Assembly (NCBI GenBank): GCA_048268245.1 | Contig: JBLWVX010000002.1 | Span: 32,001 to 96,000 of the forward strand | Source of the DNA: Arcobacteraceae bacterium | Lineage (GTDB): Bacteria; Campylobacterota; Campylobacteria; Campylobacterales; Arcobacteraceae | Direction: 5' to 3' | DNA: 64,000 nt | In this document: positions 9,119 to 20,400 of the stretch, piece by piece | How the letters are laid out: the number at the start of each line of letters is the position of its first letter | Numbering within the stretch: the first letter of the stretch is position 1 | Notes under the pieces: generated by a model | What the model was told of the DNA's origin: nothing | What the model saw: only the letters and a program-made list of their open reading frames with translations | The model's database searches: none | Position numbers and translations under genes: made by a program

Positions 9119-10396
9119 ATGAAAAACAAATTCATTCTAGTATCCATACCAATGTTAGCACTTGTTGTTGGTGTATTTTATTTTACTGCACAGTTTATAA
9201 AACCTAGTCCGAAAAAAGAGATTACTATAGCAACTGGTTCAAAATCTGGTCAATATTATCAAACAGCTTTAAAATATAAAGAGCTTTTAGAGAAAGAAAA
9301 AGTTAAAGTAAATATTGTAACTTCAACAGGTTCTATTGAAAATATTAAGCTTTTAGAAGAGAAAAAAGTTGATGTAGCATTTGTACAAAATGGAGTTATT
9401 GAAAAAAGTGAGAACTTAGAATCATTAGCATCTATATATTATGAACCTCTTTGGATATTTTATAACACAAATATTAAGAATTTATCATATATACAAGATT
9501 TAGAAAATAAAAAAATAGCAATAGGAGAAGAGGGTAGTGGCACTAAAGACTTAGCTTTAAATATCCTAAATATAAATGGAATCTACGAAAAAAATAGTTC
9601 TTTTTATAGTTATAATTCAAAAGAAGCAATACAAAAACTTCTAAATAAAAAAATAGATGCTCTTTTTTTAGTCACATCAGCAGACTCTAAAATAATCAAA
9701 GAGCTACTTAACAATAAAGAGATATCTTTATTTTCATTTAATAGAGCAAATGCTTATAGTAGAAAGTTTCACTATTTAAATGCCCTAGATTTACATGAAG
9801 GAACTATTGACTTATTTCAAAATATTCCAAAAGAGAACAAAAAACTTTTAGCAAGTACAGCAACTTTAGTTGCCAATAAAGAGTTCTCAGATGAACTAAT
9901 AAGAATTCTACTAAAAAAAGTAACTCAAATACACAAAAACAAAAGTTTACTTTCACATGAAAATGAGTTTCCAAATAATTTGAACTTACCTTTAGCACAA
10001 AATGAAGAAGCAAGTATTTACTTAACTTATGGGGATACATGGCTTGAAAAGATTTTTCCATACTGGATAGCCTCAACTCTTGATAGATTAAAAATCTTAC
10101 TTATTCCATTAATTACTTTATCAATTCCATTATTTAAAGGAGTATTCCCACTATATAGATGGAGTATAAGGTCAAAAATATATAGATGGTATGACGAATT
10201 ACAAGATTTAGATTTAGGCTTAGATAAAGCAAGCAAAGAAGAACTAATTGAAAAAATTGCTGAACTGGAGAAATTGAAAAAAGAGATAAAAGATGAAACT
10301 AAAGTGCCACTTGCTTATATGGGTGAATACTATGATTTAATAATGCACTTAGAACTTATAATATCAAAAGCTGGAACCAAGTTAAATAACCAGTAA
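9119..10396 (+). CDS. TAXI-family TRAP solute-binding protein with C-terminal TM and soluble tail
   Basis: ITIATGSKSGQY, STGSIENI, DVAFVQ, IAIGEEGSGT; hydrophobic ILLIPLITLSIPLF segment. Confidence 0.85.
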   Translation: MKNKFILVSIPMLALVVGVFYFTAQFIKPSPKKEITIATGSKSGQYYQTALKYKELLEKEKVKVNIVTSTGSIENIKLLEEKKVDVAFVQNGVIEKSENLESLASIYYEPLWIFYNTNIKNLSYIQDLENKKIAIGEEGSGTKDLALNILNINGIYEKNSSFYSYNSKEAIQKLLNKKIDALFLVTSADSKIIKELLNNKEISLFSFNRANAYSRKFHYLNALDLHEGTIDLFQNIPKENKKLLASTATLVANKEFSDELIRILLKKVTQIHKNKSLLSHENEFPNNLNLPLAQNEEASIYLTYGDTWLEKIFPYWIASTLDRLKILLIPLITLSIPLFKGVFPLYRWSIRSKIYRWYDELQDLDLGLDKASKEELIEKIAELEKLKKEIKDETKVPLAYMGEYYDLIMHLELIISKAGTKLNNQ

Positions 10397-10443
10397 TTAT
10401 GCTTATTTTAGATATAATTCTCAAAAAATTATAAGGATTAGAT

Positions 10444-11409
10444 TTGAGAATTTTATCAGGAATTCAACCATCAGGAACAATTCATATAGGTAACTATTTT
10501 GGAATGATTAAGAAGATGATTGAATCTCAAGACGATGGAGAATTATTTGCGTTTATTGCATCTTACCATGCATTAACATCAGTAAAGGATAAAGAGCTTT
10601 TAGAGCAAAACACTTTTGAAGCTGCAGTTAACTTTTTAGCATTAGGAATGGACCCAGAGAAATCTACATTTTGGGTACAACACCATGTAAAAGAAGTACT
10701 AGAACTTTACTGGCTACTTTCAAATCATACATCTATGGGACTTTTAGAGAGAGCCCATTCTTATAAAGACAAAACAGCAAAAGGTATTCAAGCAAATCAT
10801 GGATTATTTTCATATCCAGTTTTAATGGCAGCTGATATTTTACTTTTTGATTCAAATATAGTTCCAGTTGGAAAAGACCAAATCCAACACGTAGAAATGA
10901 CAAGAGATATTGCAAATTCTTTTAATTATGCTTACAAAAAAGAACTATTTGTAATGCCTGAATCAAAAGTTGATGAAATTGTAGCTACTGTTCCAGGAAC
11001 AGATGGAGCTAAAATGTCAAAATCTTATGGTAATACAATTGATATGTTTAATACAAAGAAAAAAATCAAAAAACAAGTAATGGGAATAGTTACAGATTCA
11101 AAAGAGCTTGATGAAGTAAAAGAGTGGGAGAACTGTAATATCTATAAACTTTGTGAACTATTTATGAATGAAGCTGAACTAAAAGAACTTCAAGTTAGAT
11201 ATGCAACACCAGGTGAAGGATATGGTCACTTTAAGTTAACTTTACTAGATAAAATAAATGAACATTTTGAACCATATGTACAAAAAAGAGAAGAACTACT
11301 TGCAAACCCAAAACAAGTACATGAAATCTTAGCTTTTGGTGCTTCAAAAGCTTCTAAAATTGCTAGTGAAAAAATGAGAGTTTTAAGAGACGCAGTTGGA
11401 TTAATATAA
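10444..11409 (+). CDS. trpS: Tryptophan--tRNA ligase
   Basis: HIGN and KMSKS motifs, VPVGKDQ. Confidence 0.97.
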   Translation: MRILSGIQPSGTIHIGNYFGMIKKMIESQDDGELFAFIASYHALTSVKDKELLEQNTFEAAVNFLALGMDPEKSTFWVQHHVKEVLELYWLLSNHTSMGLLERAHSYKDKTAKGIQANHGLFSYPVLMAADILLFDSNIVPVGKDQIQHVEMTRDIANSFNYAYKKELFVMPESKVDEIVATVPGTDGAKMSKSYGNTIDMFNTKKKIKKQVMGIVTDSKELDEVKEWENCNIYKLCELFMNEAELKELQVRYATPGEGYGHFKLTLLDKINEHFEPYVQKREELLANPKQVHEILAFGASKASKIASEKMRVLRDAVGLI

Positions 11410-11420
11410 AGATTTTTACG

Positions 11421-12788
11421 ATGATGCCTACAGTTGAAGAAATTGCTATCAAAAAGCTTGTCTTAATTGACAGAAACTCTACATTGGAAAAAGCTATTAA
11501 AAAAATGGCAGATGCTAATATAAGAAATATAGTAGTTTCTGACACTGTAAAAGAAAAACATAAATACTTTATGCTTACAATTGATCATCTAATTGATTAT
11601 AAACTAAGTTCAATAGATCAAAATATTTCACTAAAAGAGCTTGATCTACCAAAAGCAAAAGTAGTACAAAAAGACTTAAGTATTCTAAATGTTTTAAATG
11701 AAGTTGATATTACTGATAGGTATATGATTATTTTAGATGAAGATGAAATAATTGGTATATTATCGTATAGTGATATTCTAAATAATATCGACCCAAAAAT
11801 TCTAATCAAAAAACAAACTATAGCAAAACTTATTTTGCAGTATAAAGCTGTAACAACTTATGAAAATACAACAACTTTACATACTATAGAGCTTATGAGA
11901 GATAATCATAGTGATTCTGTAATTATCATAAATAATGAGCACTTACCAATTGGTATTTTCACTACAAAAGATTTTATAAGCCTTATTCATAAAAACTCTG
12001 ATTTAAAACTTCCCATAAGAGAGTATATGAACAATCCAGTTTATACTTTAAATGAAAGTTCAACTATTTCAGATGCACTTGATTTTATACAAGACAATCA
12101 CTTCAAAAGAATTGTAGTAACAGATGATGAAAACAAACTTGTAGGTATCTTAACACAAAAAGAATTACTTAGAATCGTATATAATAAATGGATAGATTTC
12201 ATAAAAGAAGAAGGAAATAAGATATCAAAAATCAATGAAGAGCTTTTATCCAAAACTTCAAAACTTGAAGAGAAAGCTTCATATGATTTTCTTACAAAAA
12301 TTTACAATAGACAAAAATTTGATTCATACTTAGAATACGAAATAAAAAAAACCAATAGATATGATAGTCAAGTTTTATCTATTATGCTATTTGATATTGA
12401 TTACTTTAAAAATGTAAATGATACTTATGGTCACTTAGTAGGTGATAAAGTCTTAAAAGAAGTAGCTAAAATACTTACAGTATGCTCAAGAGACTGTGAT
12501 ATAGTTGCTAGATGGGGAGGAGAAGAGTTTGTACTTATGCTTCCTCAAACAAACTTAGAACAATCGATGTTTGTAGCTCAAAAACTTCGTGCAACCATAG
12601 AAAAACATAAGTTTGAAAAAGTTGGTAATATCACTTGTTCAATTGGCATTAGTCAATATCATAAAAATGAATCTAAAAAGATTTTATTCAAAAGAGTAGA
12701 TGAAGCTTTATACAAAGCAAAATCAAATGGTAGAAATAGAGTTGAAATAGAGTATATAAATGAACTATTTGAACAAAATGAAGACTAA
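11421..12788 (+). CDS. CBS-domain diguanylate cyclase
   Basis: Tandem CBS domains plus GGDEF domain (DIDYFK, RWGGEEF, RxxD I-site RDCD). Confidence 0.92.
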   Translation: MMPTVEEIAIKKLVLIDRNSTLEKAIKKMADANIRNIVVSDTVKEKHKYFMLTIDHLIDYKLSSIDQNISLKELDLPKAKVVQKDLSILNVLNEVDITDRYMIILDEDEIIGILSYSDILNNIDPKILIKKQTIAKLILQYKAVTTYENTTTLHTIELMRDNHSDSVIIINNEHLPIGIFTTKDFISLIHKNSDLKLPIREYMNNPVYTLNESSTISDALDFIQDNHFKRIVVTDDENKLVGILTQKELLRIVYNKWIDFIKEEGNKISKINEELLSKTSKLEEKASYDFLTKIYNRQKFDSYLEYEIKKTNRYDSQVLSIMLFDIDYFKNVNDTYGHLVGDKVLKEVAKILTVCSRDCDIVARWGGEEFVLMLPQTNLEQSMFVAQKLRATIEKHKFEKVGNITCSIGISQYHKNESKKILFKRVDEALYKAKSNGRNRVEIEYINELFEQNED

Positions 12789-12798
12789 AGCAGTTAAA

Positions 12799-13497
12799 CT
12801 ACTTTGTCTTTTCACAAATAAATATTAATTTATCTGCTTCATCTTCACAATGTAAGTTAAATTCTCTAATCTCCTGAACATTAAAGCCATTTGACTCAAG
12901 AATATTTTTTAAGAACTCTTTTGAGTGATACTCTTGCACTATAAAATCAGCTTCTTTTGAGAAAAGATTGTTTTTTTGTTTTGTAAATAGTGTAAGATTT
13001 GTTTGTAGTTTTTCATCTTCAAAAATAGCATCTATTGATATGAATTTATCTTTTAAATCCATAGTTATACAACCCTGAGCTATCTCATCAAATCCAAAAT
13101 AAGAGTTTACATCAAACATAAAGTAGCCATCTTTATTTAAAACATTTGATACATCTTTTATAAAAGTTTCTAAATACTCTTTATCCATATAATTAAGTAC
13201 ATCAAAAATAGCTGTTGCACAATCATATTTTTTTTCTACTTTATCCAAAGGTATAGCACTTGCATCTAAACCTTTTGATTTACACACTTTTATTTGCTCA
13301 ACACTCAGATCAGTACCAAATGCAGTTTTGCCATTGATTCTAAGGTTTTCTAAAAAGTATCCTTGACCACATCCTATATCTATGATATTGTCAAGTTCAT
13401 TTACCATCACAAACTCCATAAACTGTCTGTGAAGAGTATAAACCTCATCTTCAAAATCTAGATAAGGCTCAATTTTTGAGTATAAATCTAATCCCAT
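12799..13497 (-). CDS. Class I SAM-dependent methyltransferase
   Basis: IIDIGCGQG motif I; FDVLNY. Confidence 0.88.
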   Translation of the reverse strand: MGLDLYSKIEPYLDFEDEVYTLHRQFMEFVMVNELDNIIDIGCGQGYFLENLRINGKTAFGTDLSVEQIKVCKSKGLDASAIPLDKVEKKYDCATAIFDVLNYMDKEYLETFIKDVSNVLNKDGYFMFDVNSYFGFDEIAQGCITMDLKDKFISIDAIFEDEKLQTNLTLFTKQKNNLFSKEADFIVQEYHSKEFLKNILESNGFNVQEIREFNLHCEDEADKLIFICEKTK

Positions 13498-14105
13498 TAA
13501 AGTACTTCTTCTATCTTCTCTTTTAAATCTAAGATTAAATCTTTTTTAGCATAAAAAGCATTTTTATTAGCTATTAAGTGAGCTGAACTTTCCATAATTG
13601 TTGGTCCCACTTCAAGTCCATTTTGCTTCATAGTTTCACCCGTCTCAACTATATCAACAATACAATCAGAAAGATTAACTAAAGGTGCAAGTTCAATAGA
13701 ACCATAAAGCTTAATAATCTCAACAGCCATTGCTTTTTCTTCAAAGAATTTTTTTGCAATTTTTTCATGTTTTGTAGCAACCGTGATTTTACTTTTTGTT
13801 AAATCAAGCTCTTCACCTTTTCTTAATCCAAATGCAACTTTACATTTACCTAGTTCTAAATCAAGTAGTTTGATTAAGTCATACTCTTTTTCTTCTAATA
13901 CATCAAGTCCTACTACACCTAAGTCAGCTGCTCCGTGCATTACATAAGTTGGTACATCTTGGTTTCTTACATTTAAAAATCTAAAACCAGATTTTTCAAG
14001 TATTAACTTTCTATCTTCAAATACAAACTCTTCCCCAAAAGCTTTCTCAAACTTGGCTAAAGTCTCCTTGGCAATTCTTCCCTTAGGCAATGCAATCGTT
14101 AGCAT
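13497..14105 (-). CDS. hisG: ATP phosphoribosyltransferase (short form)
   Basis: LTIALPKGRI, GSIELAP, IVDIVETGET; ~202 aa, no C-terminal regulatory domain. Confidence 0.95.
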   Translation of the reverse strand: MLTIALPKGRIAKETLAKFEKAFGEEFVFEDRKLILEKSGFRFLNVRNQDVPTYVMHGAADLGVVGLDVLEEKEYDLIKLLDLELGKCKVAFGLRKGEELDLTKSKITVATKHEKIAKKFFEEKAMAVEIIKLYGSIELAPLVNLSDCIVDIVETGETMKQNGLEVGPTIMESSAHLIANKNAFYAKKDLILDLKEKIEEVL

Positions 14106-14718
14106 CAATAATCCTTTTCATGTTCTCAAATATTAAATCTTTTTTATAAATACTATTTTTAAAATATTGGCTCAATAGCTTTCCATCTCCACCTGTGAAT
14201 ATTATTTTTTTATCTTTACTTATCTCTTTTATAGGTAAAATGATGGATTTTAACATAGCATATTGTATAGCATCTTTTGTTTGAAGCGGTATTTTATCTA
14301 AATTTATATTTTTTTCAAAATCAAACTTTAGTTTTTTAGATATTTTTGGGTAAGTTTTCATAAAAGCTCTAAATCCAGGCATTATAAAGCCACCTTTATG
14401 AATTCCTTTACACATAAAATCAACTGTAATAGCACTTCCAGCATCAACTATAACTGCATCTTTTTCATATACACAAGCCAAGGCTCTATCTATTCCATGA
14501 CCTATATAATCAGTTTTAAACTTTAAATACTTTTTTATATTTATAGCATTAGGATTTGCTTTTAAAAGTTTTTTTGTAGCTTTTTTATTAACAGATACAA
14601 AAACAATTTGTTCTTTAAATTTCGGAACTTCATCTTTTAAACTTACTCTTTTATGTTTTCCCTTAATCAAAAAATGAAAGGTTGTATTTCCTATATCACA
14701 TAAAATCAACTCTAACAC
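14083..14718 (-). CDS. coaX: Type III pantothenate kinase
   Basis: CDIGNT, GIDR, VDAGSAITVD, GGFIMPG, FTGGDG. Confidence 0.92.
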   Translation of the reverse strand: MLELILCDIGNTTFHFLIKGKHKRVSLKDEVPKFKEQIVFVSVNKKATKKLLKANPNAINIKKYLKFKTDYIGHGIDRALACVYEKDAVIVDAGSAITVDFMCKGIHKGGFIMPGFRAFMKTYPKISKKLKFDFEKNINLDKIPLQTKDAIQYAMLKSIILPIKEISKDKKIIFTGGDGKLLSQYFKNSIYKKDLIFENMKRIIDANDCIA

Positions 14719-15028
14719 TCCATGAGTTTTCTTCTAAATACTTTTTTGCTTTTGAACATAAAGGACTTGATATAATTAGTTCTTTCTTCTTAAAGTTGTG
14801 TTCTTTATATAAAGCTAGTTTTTCACATAAAGCCATTAGTTCATCAGCATTTTTTCTTAAAAATCTACTTTTTGCATCTATTTTAAAAATTGCATAATAT
14901 TTTGAGTCAACACTAGTTGCACTATAAATATCCATCTTTTTTCTTGATGCTAAAGTTTTTGGTTCGATTTTTTCAATTTCTTTAAATAATATATCTTTGT
15001 TTGTATAATAGTTTGTAAGTTCTTTCAA
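14696..15028 (-). CDS. Hypothetical protein (110 aa)
   Basis: RBS AAGGA plus TTG; overlaps the coaX start. Confidence 0.75.
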   Translation of the reverse strand: MKELTNYYTNKDILFKEIEKIEPKTLASRKKMDIYSATSVDSKYYAIFKIDAKSRFLRKNADELMALCEKLALYKEHNFKKKELIISSPLCSKAKKYLEENSWSVRVDFM

Positions 15029-15060
15029 GTAATCTATCCTTATATTTAAATAGATTATAT

Positions 15061-16212
15061 CTAATTGTCACTTTTATTTATAAAAGCTCTTTTTTTAAAT
15101 GACTTTGCAGCTATAGCATAACCACCATTTGAGCAATCCACAAAATGAGTATGTTTCCCATGTCTCTCAAAAATTAAACATGTTATTAAAGCTGAGTTTG
15201 ATTCATGTACTCCATAAACAATATTTCCACTTTTATACTCTTTTTCTAAATACTCTTTTAGTTTATTTGTTTGCTCGCTACTAGTTGAAACTACCATTCT
15301 TAAAAGGTCATCAAACTTTTCTGCATCAATAGTTGATAAAATCCTATCTTTGTACTCTCCCCATTTATCAACTTTAAAACTCATAAGAGTAAGTCCTATT
15401 AAATTTATTAGTTTAAATCCTAAAACCTTTATATACTTTTTAAAAAATGATTTTTCATAAATACTAGCTTCCACATTTAAATCACTTGTTTTAAAACTAA
15501 GATTTAAATTTTTCTTGCTTAGGGGTGATCTTTTTTTATTATCCCCAATAAGATTTTCAATATTAAATAAAAGCTTTTCATAATAAGTATCTTCTTTACA
15601 CTTTATCATAACTGCTAAAGTATCATCTTTTGGAGACTTTATAGCTTCCCATCTACACTCTAAACCTTCTAAGTCAACTACAGTTGAATCAAGTAGTTTA
15701 TCTTTTATTAAAAACTCTTGGCTATTTTTGAGTAAATCATCTGCATACTCTAAGCCCCCACCTTTAATAATAGCTTGAAAACTATCCTCATTTAATTTTA
15801 ACTTAGTAATTAGAAGTGATTTTTTATCTTCATAGATTTTAGCAATGGGTACTATACCAACTCTTAAATCTAAAGAGTAACTCTCTTTTGAGATTTTTTG
15901 AGTTGCTAATAAAATTTGTTTTGTTTGCTCTAATATTTGTTTTGGAATTAAAATAAAAGCCCCATCTCCACCAAAAACAAAAGGTAAATCAAGAGTTTTA
16001 TCTATATTTAAAATAGCTATTATACTTAAAGCCCCAACCATATTAACTTCTTTGTATTTACCATTTTCGATAGCTATTGTTGAGTTTTTCACATCAGTTA
16101 CTACCACATACCAATCACTTGGCATATCTTTATAACTAGTGCTTTTACTTATTTCTTTTATAGAAGTGATACTTTTTAAGTTTTTATAAAAATCACTATT
16201 CATTTTAATCAT
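15061..16212 (-). CDS. DUF3095 family protein
   Basis: DVKNSTIAIENGKYKEVN, FVFGGDGA, GLECRW, HFVD..GGYAIAAK. Confidence 0.85.
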   Translation of the reverse strand: MIKMNSDFYKNLKSITSIKEISKSTSYKDMPSDWYVVVTDVKNSTIAIENGKYKEVNMVGALSIIAILNIDKTLDLPFVFGGDGAFILIPKQILEQTKQILLATQKISKESYSLDLRVGIVPIAKIYEDKKSLLITKLKLNEDSFQAIIKGGGLEYADDLLKNSQEFLIKDKLLDSTVVDLEGLECRWEAIKSPKDDTLAVMIKCKEDTYYEKLLFNIENLIGDNKKRSPLSKKNLNLSFKTSDLNVEASIYEKSFFKKYIKVLGFKLINLIGLTLMSFKVDKWGEYKDRILSTIDAEKFDDLLRMVVSTSSEQTNKLKEYLEKEYKSGNIVYGVHESNSALITCLIFERHGKHTHFVDCSNGGYAIAAKSFKKRAFINKSDN

Positions 16213-17230
16213 CTAAAAGATTTAAAAGTTCCATATTTTTAAGAACCTCTGTTGTCCCATTTGAAACAGCCATTAGTGGGTCTTCACTTATATGTACAGG
16301 AAGCTTAATAATATTTGCTAGATATTTATCAATACCTCTTAATAAAGCTCCTCCACCTGTTAAAACAACTCCATTATCAATAACATCAGAAGCTAAGTCA
16401 GGTGGCATTTGCTCCAATAGTTTTCGAACAGAGTTTGAAATTTCTTTTAAAGGCTCTTCTATGGCTTCTCTAACTTCTTCACTATTAAGCTGTATTGTTT
16501 TTAAAAAACCAAAGTTGTCTTTTCCTTTAACCTCAACTGTTAAAAGCTTATCTAGTTTAATAGCAGTTCCAATAGCAAACTTTACTTTCTCAGCAGCTTC
16601 ATTACCAATAGTTAAACTATATTTTTGTTTTACATATTTTACTATCTTAGCATCAAACTTATCACCTGCTGTTCTAGTAGCTTTACATAAAACAAGTCCA
16701 CCTAAAGAAGTTAAACCAATTTCAGTTGTACCAGAACCAATATCTACTACCATATGTCCATTAGGGCTATTTACAGGAATTCCAGCACCAATTGCAGCTG
16801 CTAATGGCTCTTCAATTAAATATACTTTTCTAGCTCCTGCTGCCATGGCTGATTCTTTTACAGCATTTCTTTCAACTGGTGTTACTCCATGAGGAATACA
16901 TATGATGATTTTTGGTTTAAAGAAGAAGTTTTTCTTATAAGCTTTTTGAATAAAATAGTTTATCATAGTCTCTGTAGTATCAAAGTCAGCTATAACACCA
17001 TCTTTCATAGGTCTAACAGCTTTTATATTTAAAGGTGTTTTTCCAAGCATTTTTTTTGCTTCCAAACCAACTGCTATTACCTTATCCTGTCCTTTGTTAT
17101 TTTTTTGAATTGCAACTACTGAGGGTTCATTTATAATAAGCCCTTTATTTTTTGTAGTAACAATAATATTTGCAGTTCCTAAGTCAATTGCTATATTAGG
17201 TGCAATAAGATTCGATAAAGTATTAAACAT
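16205..17230 (-). CDS. mreB: MreB-family actin homolog (probable paralog)
   Basis: IAIDLGTAN, RPMKDGVIADF, VDIGSGTTE, LTGGGALL. Confidence 0.92.
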   Translation of the reverse strand: MFNTLSNLIAPNIAIDLGTANIIVTTKNKGLIINEPSVVAIQKNNKGQDKVIAVGLEAKKMLGKTPLNIKAVRPMKDGVIADFDTTETMINYFIQKAYKKNFFFKPKIIICIPHGVTPVERNAVKESAMAAGARKVYLIEEPLAAAIGAGIPVNSPNGHMVVDIGSGTTEIGLTSLGGLVLCKATRTAGDKFDAKIVKYVKQKYSLTIGNEAAEKVKFAIGTAIKLDKLLTVEVKGKDNFGFLKTIQLNSEEVREAIEEPLKEISNSVRKLLEQMPPDLASDVIDNGVVLTGGGALLRGIDKYLANIIKLPVHISEDPLMAVSNGTTEVLKNMELLNLLDD

Positions 17231-17318
17231 ATTTTTCCCAAATTTAAATTTATATTGAGATTATATAAGTAAAGCAGTTAAAAAGTAATGAAACGTCTAT
17301 TATTAATTTTTATTATTC

Positions 17319-17381
17319 AAAACTTACAGCCCATAATAATCACAAGATAGGAAACAATAGTTATTATAGACTGTAAGGTTT
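17319..17381 (-). terminator. Long hairpin plus U-tract downstream of putA
   Basis: Minus strand CUUACAGUCUAUAAUAA/UUAUUAUGGGCUGUAAG (two G-U pairs) followed by UUUU. Confidence 0.7.
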
Positions 17382-17405
17382 AAATAAATAAGAGAGAAAA
17401 CCCCC

Positions 17406-20400
17406 TTATTTTTTAAGCTCTCTTGCTCCTATATTTCCATATCTGTGGTAAGAGTGAGAAACAGATTGTTCAATGAAGTAATTAAGAAGTTCTAATCTTC
17501 CTTCCATCATTGGTTTAGCTCTTACTATAAATGTAGTTGATTTATTAGCTTCTTTAAATACAGTAGGACTAACCTTTACAATATCAGAGTAAATAACTCT
17601 GTCATATGAAGAAATATTTTTCATCATTTTCTCTTCACTTTGCTCAACTAAACCATCTCTTGAAGTAAATAATTCAGTTTTGTTTGACTCTAAGAAATCT
17701 TTTACTAGATTATTGTTTTCAATTGAAACTTTAAAATGAACTCCAGCAACTCTTGCAGCAAGTATTCTTGAAACTGCTTCAAATAAAGTATCATCAGAAG
17801 ATACTCTAATTAATACATTTTCTAAAGGTATATATCTGAAATGATTATCTTCACCTCTTACATTACAATAATCTTTTTCTTGAGAAAACTCATTTTCATA
17901 ATTTGCATAATATGACTGTAATGCAACGCCTAATTTTTCAAAATCCTCTCTGTTATTATGAGTTTTTGCACAAGACTCAATAAAGCTTGCTAAATCAGAG
18001 TTATATCCTCTACTTACATTTGGTGTTTTAGTTTCAGTATAATCAACAAATTGAGTAATGTAATTGTAAATACCAACTTTTCTACCTGCACCAATTGCAG
18101 ATTTACCCATACCACCAAATGGTTGTCGAAGAACTATAGCACCTGTTGTTCCTCTATTTACATAAAGATTACCAGCTTTTAAGTTTGCTTTCCAGTATTC
18201 AACTTCTCTTTCATCAAGTGATTCAATACCTGAAGTTAATCCATATCCAGTTGAGTTTACAATCTCTACTGCATGTTTTAAATCTTTTGCTTTCATCACA
18301 GCTAAAACTGGTCCAAATAGCTCATTTTTATGAATAAAGTTACCTTCATCAACTCCCCACTTAATAGCAGGTTTTAACATAAATTCATTACCTTCTGCAT
18401 AAGAAGGCTCTAATGCCCACTCTTCATTTCCTTCAAGCTCATTAATTGCTTGTTTTAAAGCTCCACCTACTGGGTTTGCTAAAGTACCAATTCTATTAGA
18501 GAAATCCCAAACAGAACCAACACTCATAGATTTTGCTGTATCAACTAATGCTTTTCTAAATGACTTATCATTATAAACCTCTTCTTCCAATACAAGAAGT
18601 GAAGTTGCACTACATTTTTGTCCTGAGTTATTAAATGCAGATAAACATACATTTTTAACAGCTTGGTCTCTATCTGCCATATTTGTAACGATTGTTGCAT
18701 CTTTTCCACCAGTTTCAGCAGTTAAGAATAAATCAGGTCTTGTTTCTAACATATTATATGCAGTATCTTCACCACCTGTTAAAATTACAAAATCAACATC
18801 TTTGTTCGCGATAAGATGTTCACCTGCAAGTCTACCTGGACAAGGAACAAACTGTAAAACATTTTTAGAAATACCTGCATCCCAGAAACATTTACACATT
18901 TCATATGCAGTTAAAGCAGCAACTGAAGCAGGCTTGATAATTACAGTATTACCAGCAGCTAATGTAGAAGCAACACCACCTAAAGGAATAGCAACAGGGA
19001 AATTCCAAGGAGGTACAACTACACCAACACCTTTACCACTAAACTCTAAGTTTTCATATCTATCCCAATACTGTGCACTATGTGCATAGAATTCAATAAA
19101 ATCAACAGCCTCTGAAACTTCAACATCAGTTTCTGTAAAGATTTTACCAACCTCAGCAGCAGCAACACCAATTAAATCATCTCTTCTTTGTCTAACTTTA
19201 ATTGCCGCTTGTTTAAGCATAGCATGTCTTTGTTTATGAGATAAACTTCTCCATCCATCAACATCTTCTTTTGCAACTTCAACAGCTCTTTTTAAATCTT
19301 CAGCAGTAGCATTTGCAAATTTACCAGCTAAAACACCCTCTTTTACTTGAGACTTATCAATAGCTTCAACTACTTTTCTATCGCCAATTAAATCCTCACC
19401 CCCAACTACAACAGGAGCAACTTGATGTTGCGTGTCTTTTGAGAACTTCCATTTTTTTACAATATTTCTTGCCCACTCTTGGTTTGCAGGTAAAACAAAA
19501 TCAGTATCAGCTTCTGCATGATACTCACCTAAATCATAAGATGAACCATTAAAATCATCCCATTTCTCTTCTAATCTATTTTGTTGTCTTTTTGCACCTA
19601 CAAAAGATGTTTTTTCATTCTCAAAAGACTTTCTAAATAGTTGCTCTTGCATTTTCCAATCTCTTGAACCTACTTCAAGACCAAATGAGTATCTAATAAA
19701 GTTATTAGGACCTGTATTTTCATCAAGTCTTCTAACTAAATATGCAATTGCATTTGTAAATTGCTCTTTTGAAGCAGTTGGACCATATAAAATTGCATTT
19801 TTAGAAATCTCTTTTATTGCAAGTCTTGCAGACTCACTCATTCCTTCTAGCATCTCAATAGTATGATATTGTGAAGTATTATTTACTCTTGCTAATTCAA
19901 CAGCAAAAGCTTGTTCGAATAAGTTGTGAGAACCTGTTCCAACATGCATATATTTTGCATTTTCACTTTGAAGTGCATATCTAATCATTCTTTTATAGTT
20001 TGAGTCTGTATCACTTTTATCAGTATAAGTTACTAATTCCCAGTGCTTTTGAGAGGCTTCTGTTTCTTCCATCTCCATATTAGCCCCTTTTACAAGTCTA
20101 AATTTAATAGGACTTCCACCATTTTCAACTCTTGTCTTAGCCCATTGGCATAAATCTTTTTGAACTAAGAATGAATCTGGGATATAAGCTTGAAGTACAA
20201 TACCAGCATAGAAGTCTTTAAATTGTGGTAACTCTAAAGTTCTTTTAAACACCTCAACAGTAATATCTAAATCTCTATACTCTTCCATATCAAGATTGAT
20301 AAACTTATTAGATTTTGTTCCATCAGGTGCAGTGTATGGATATTTTTTTGCTTGTTCATAAATTCTAGTTAATTTTTTTACTAAAGTTTGAACTGTTCCT

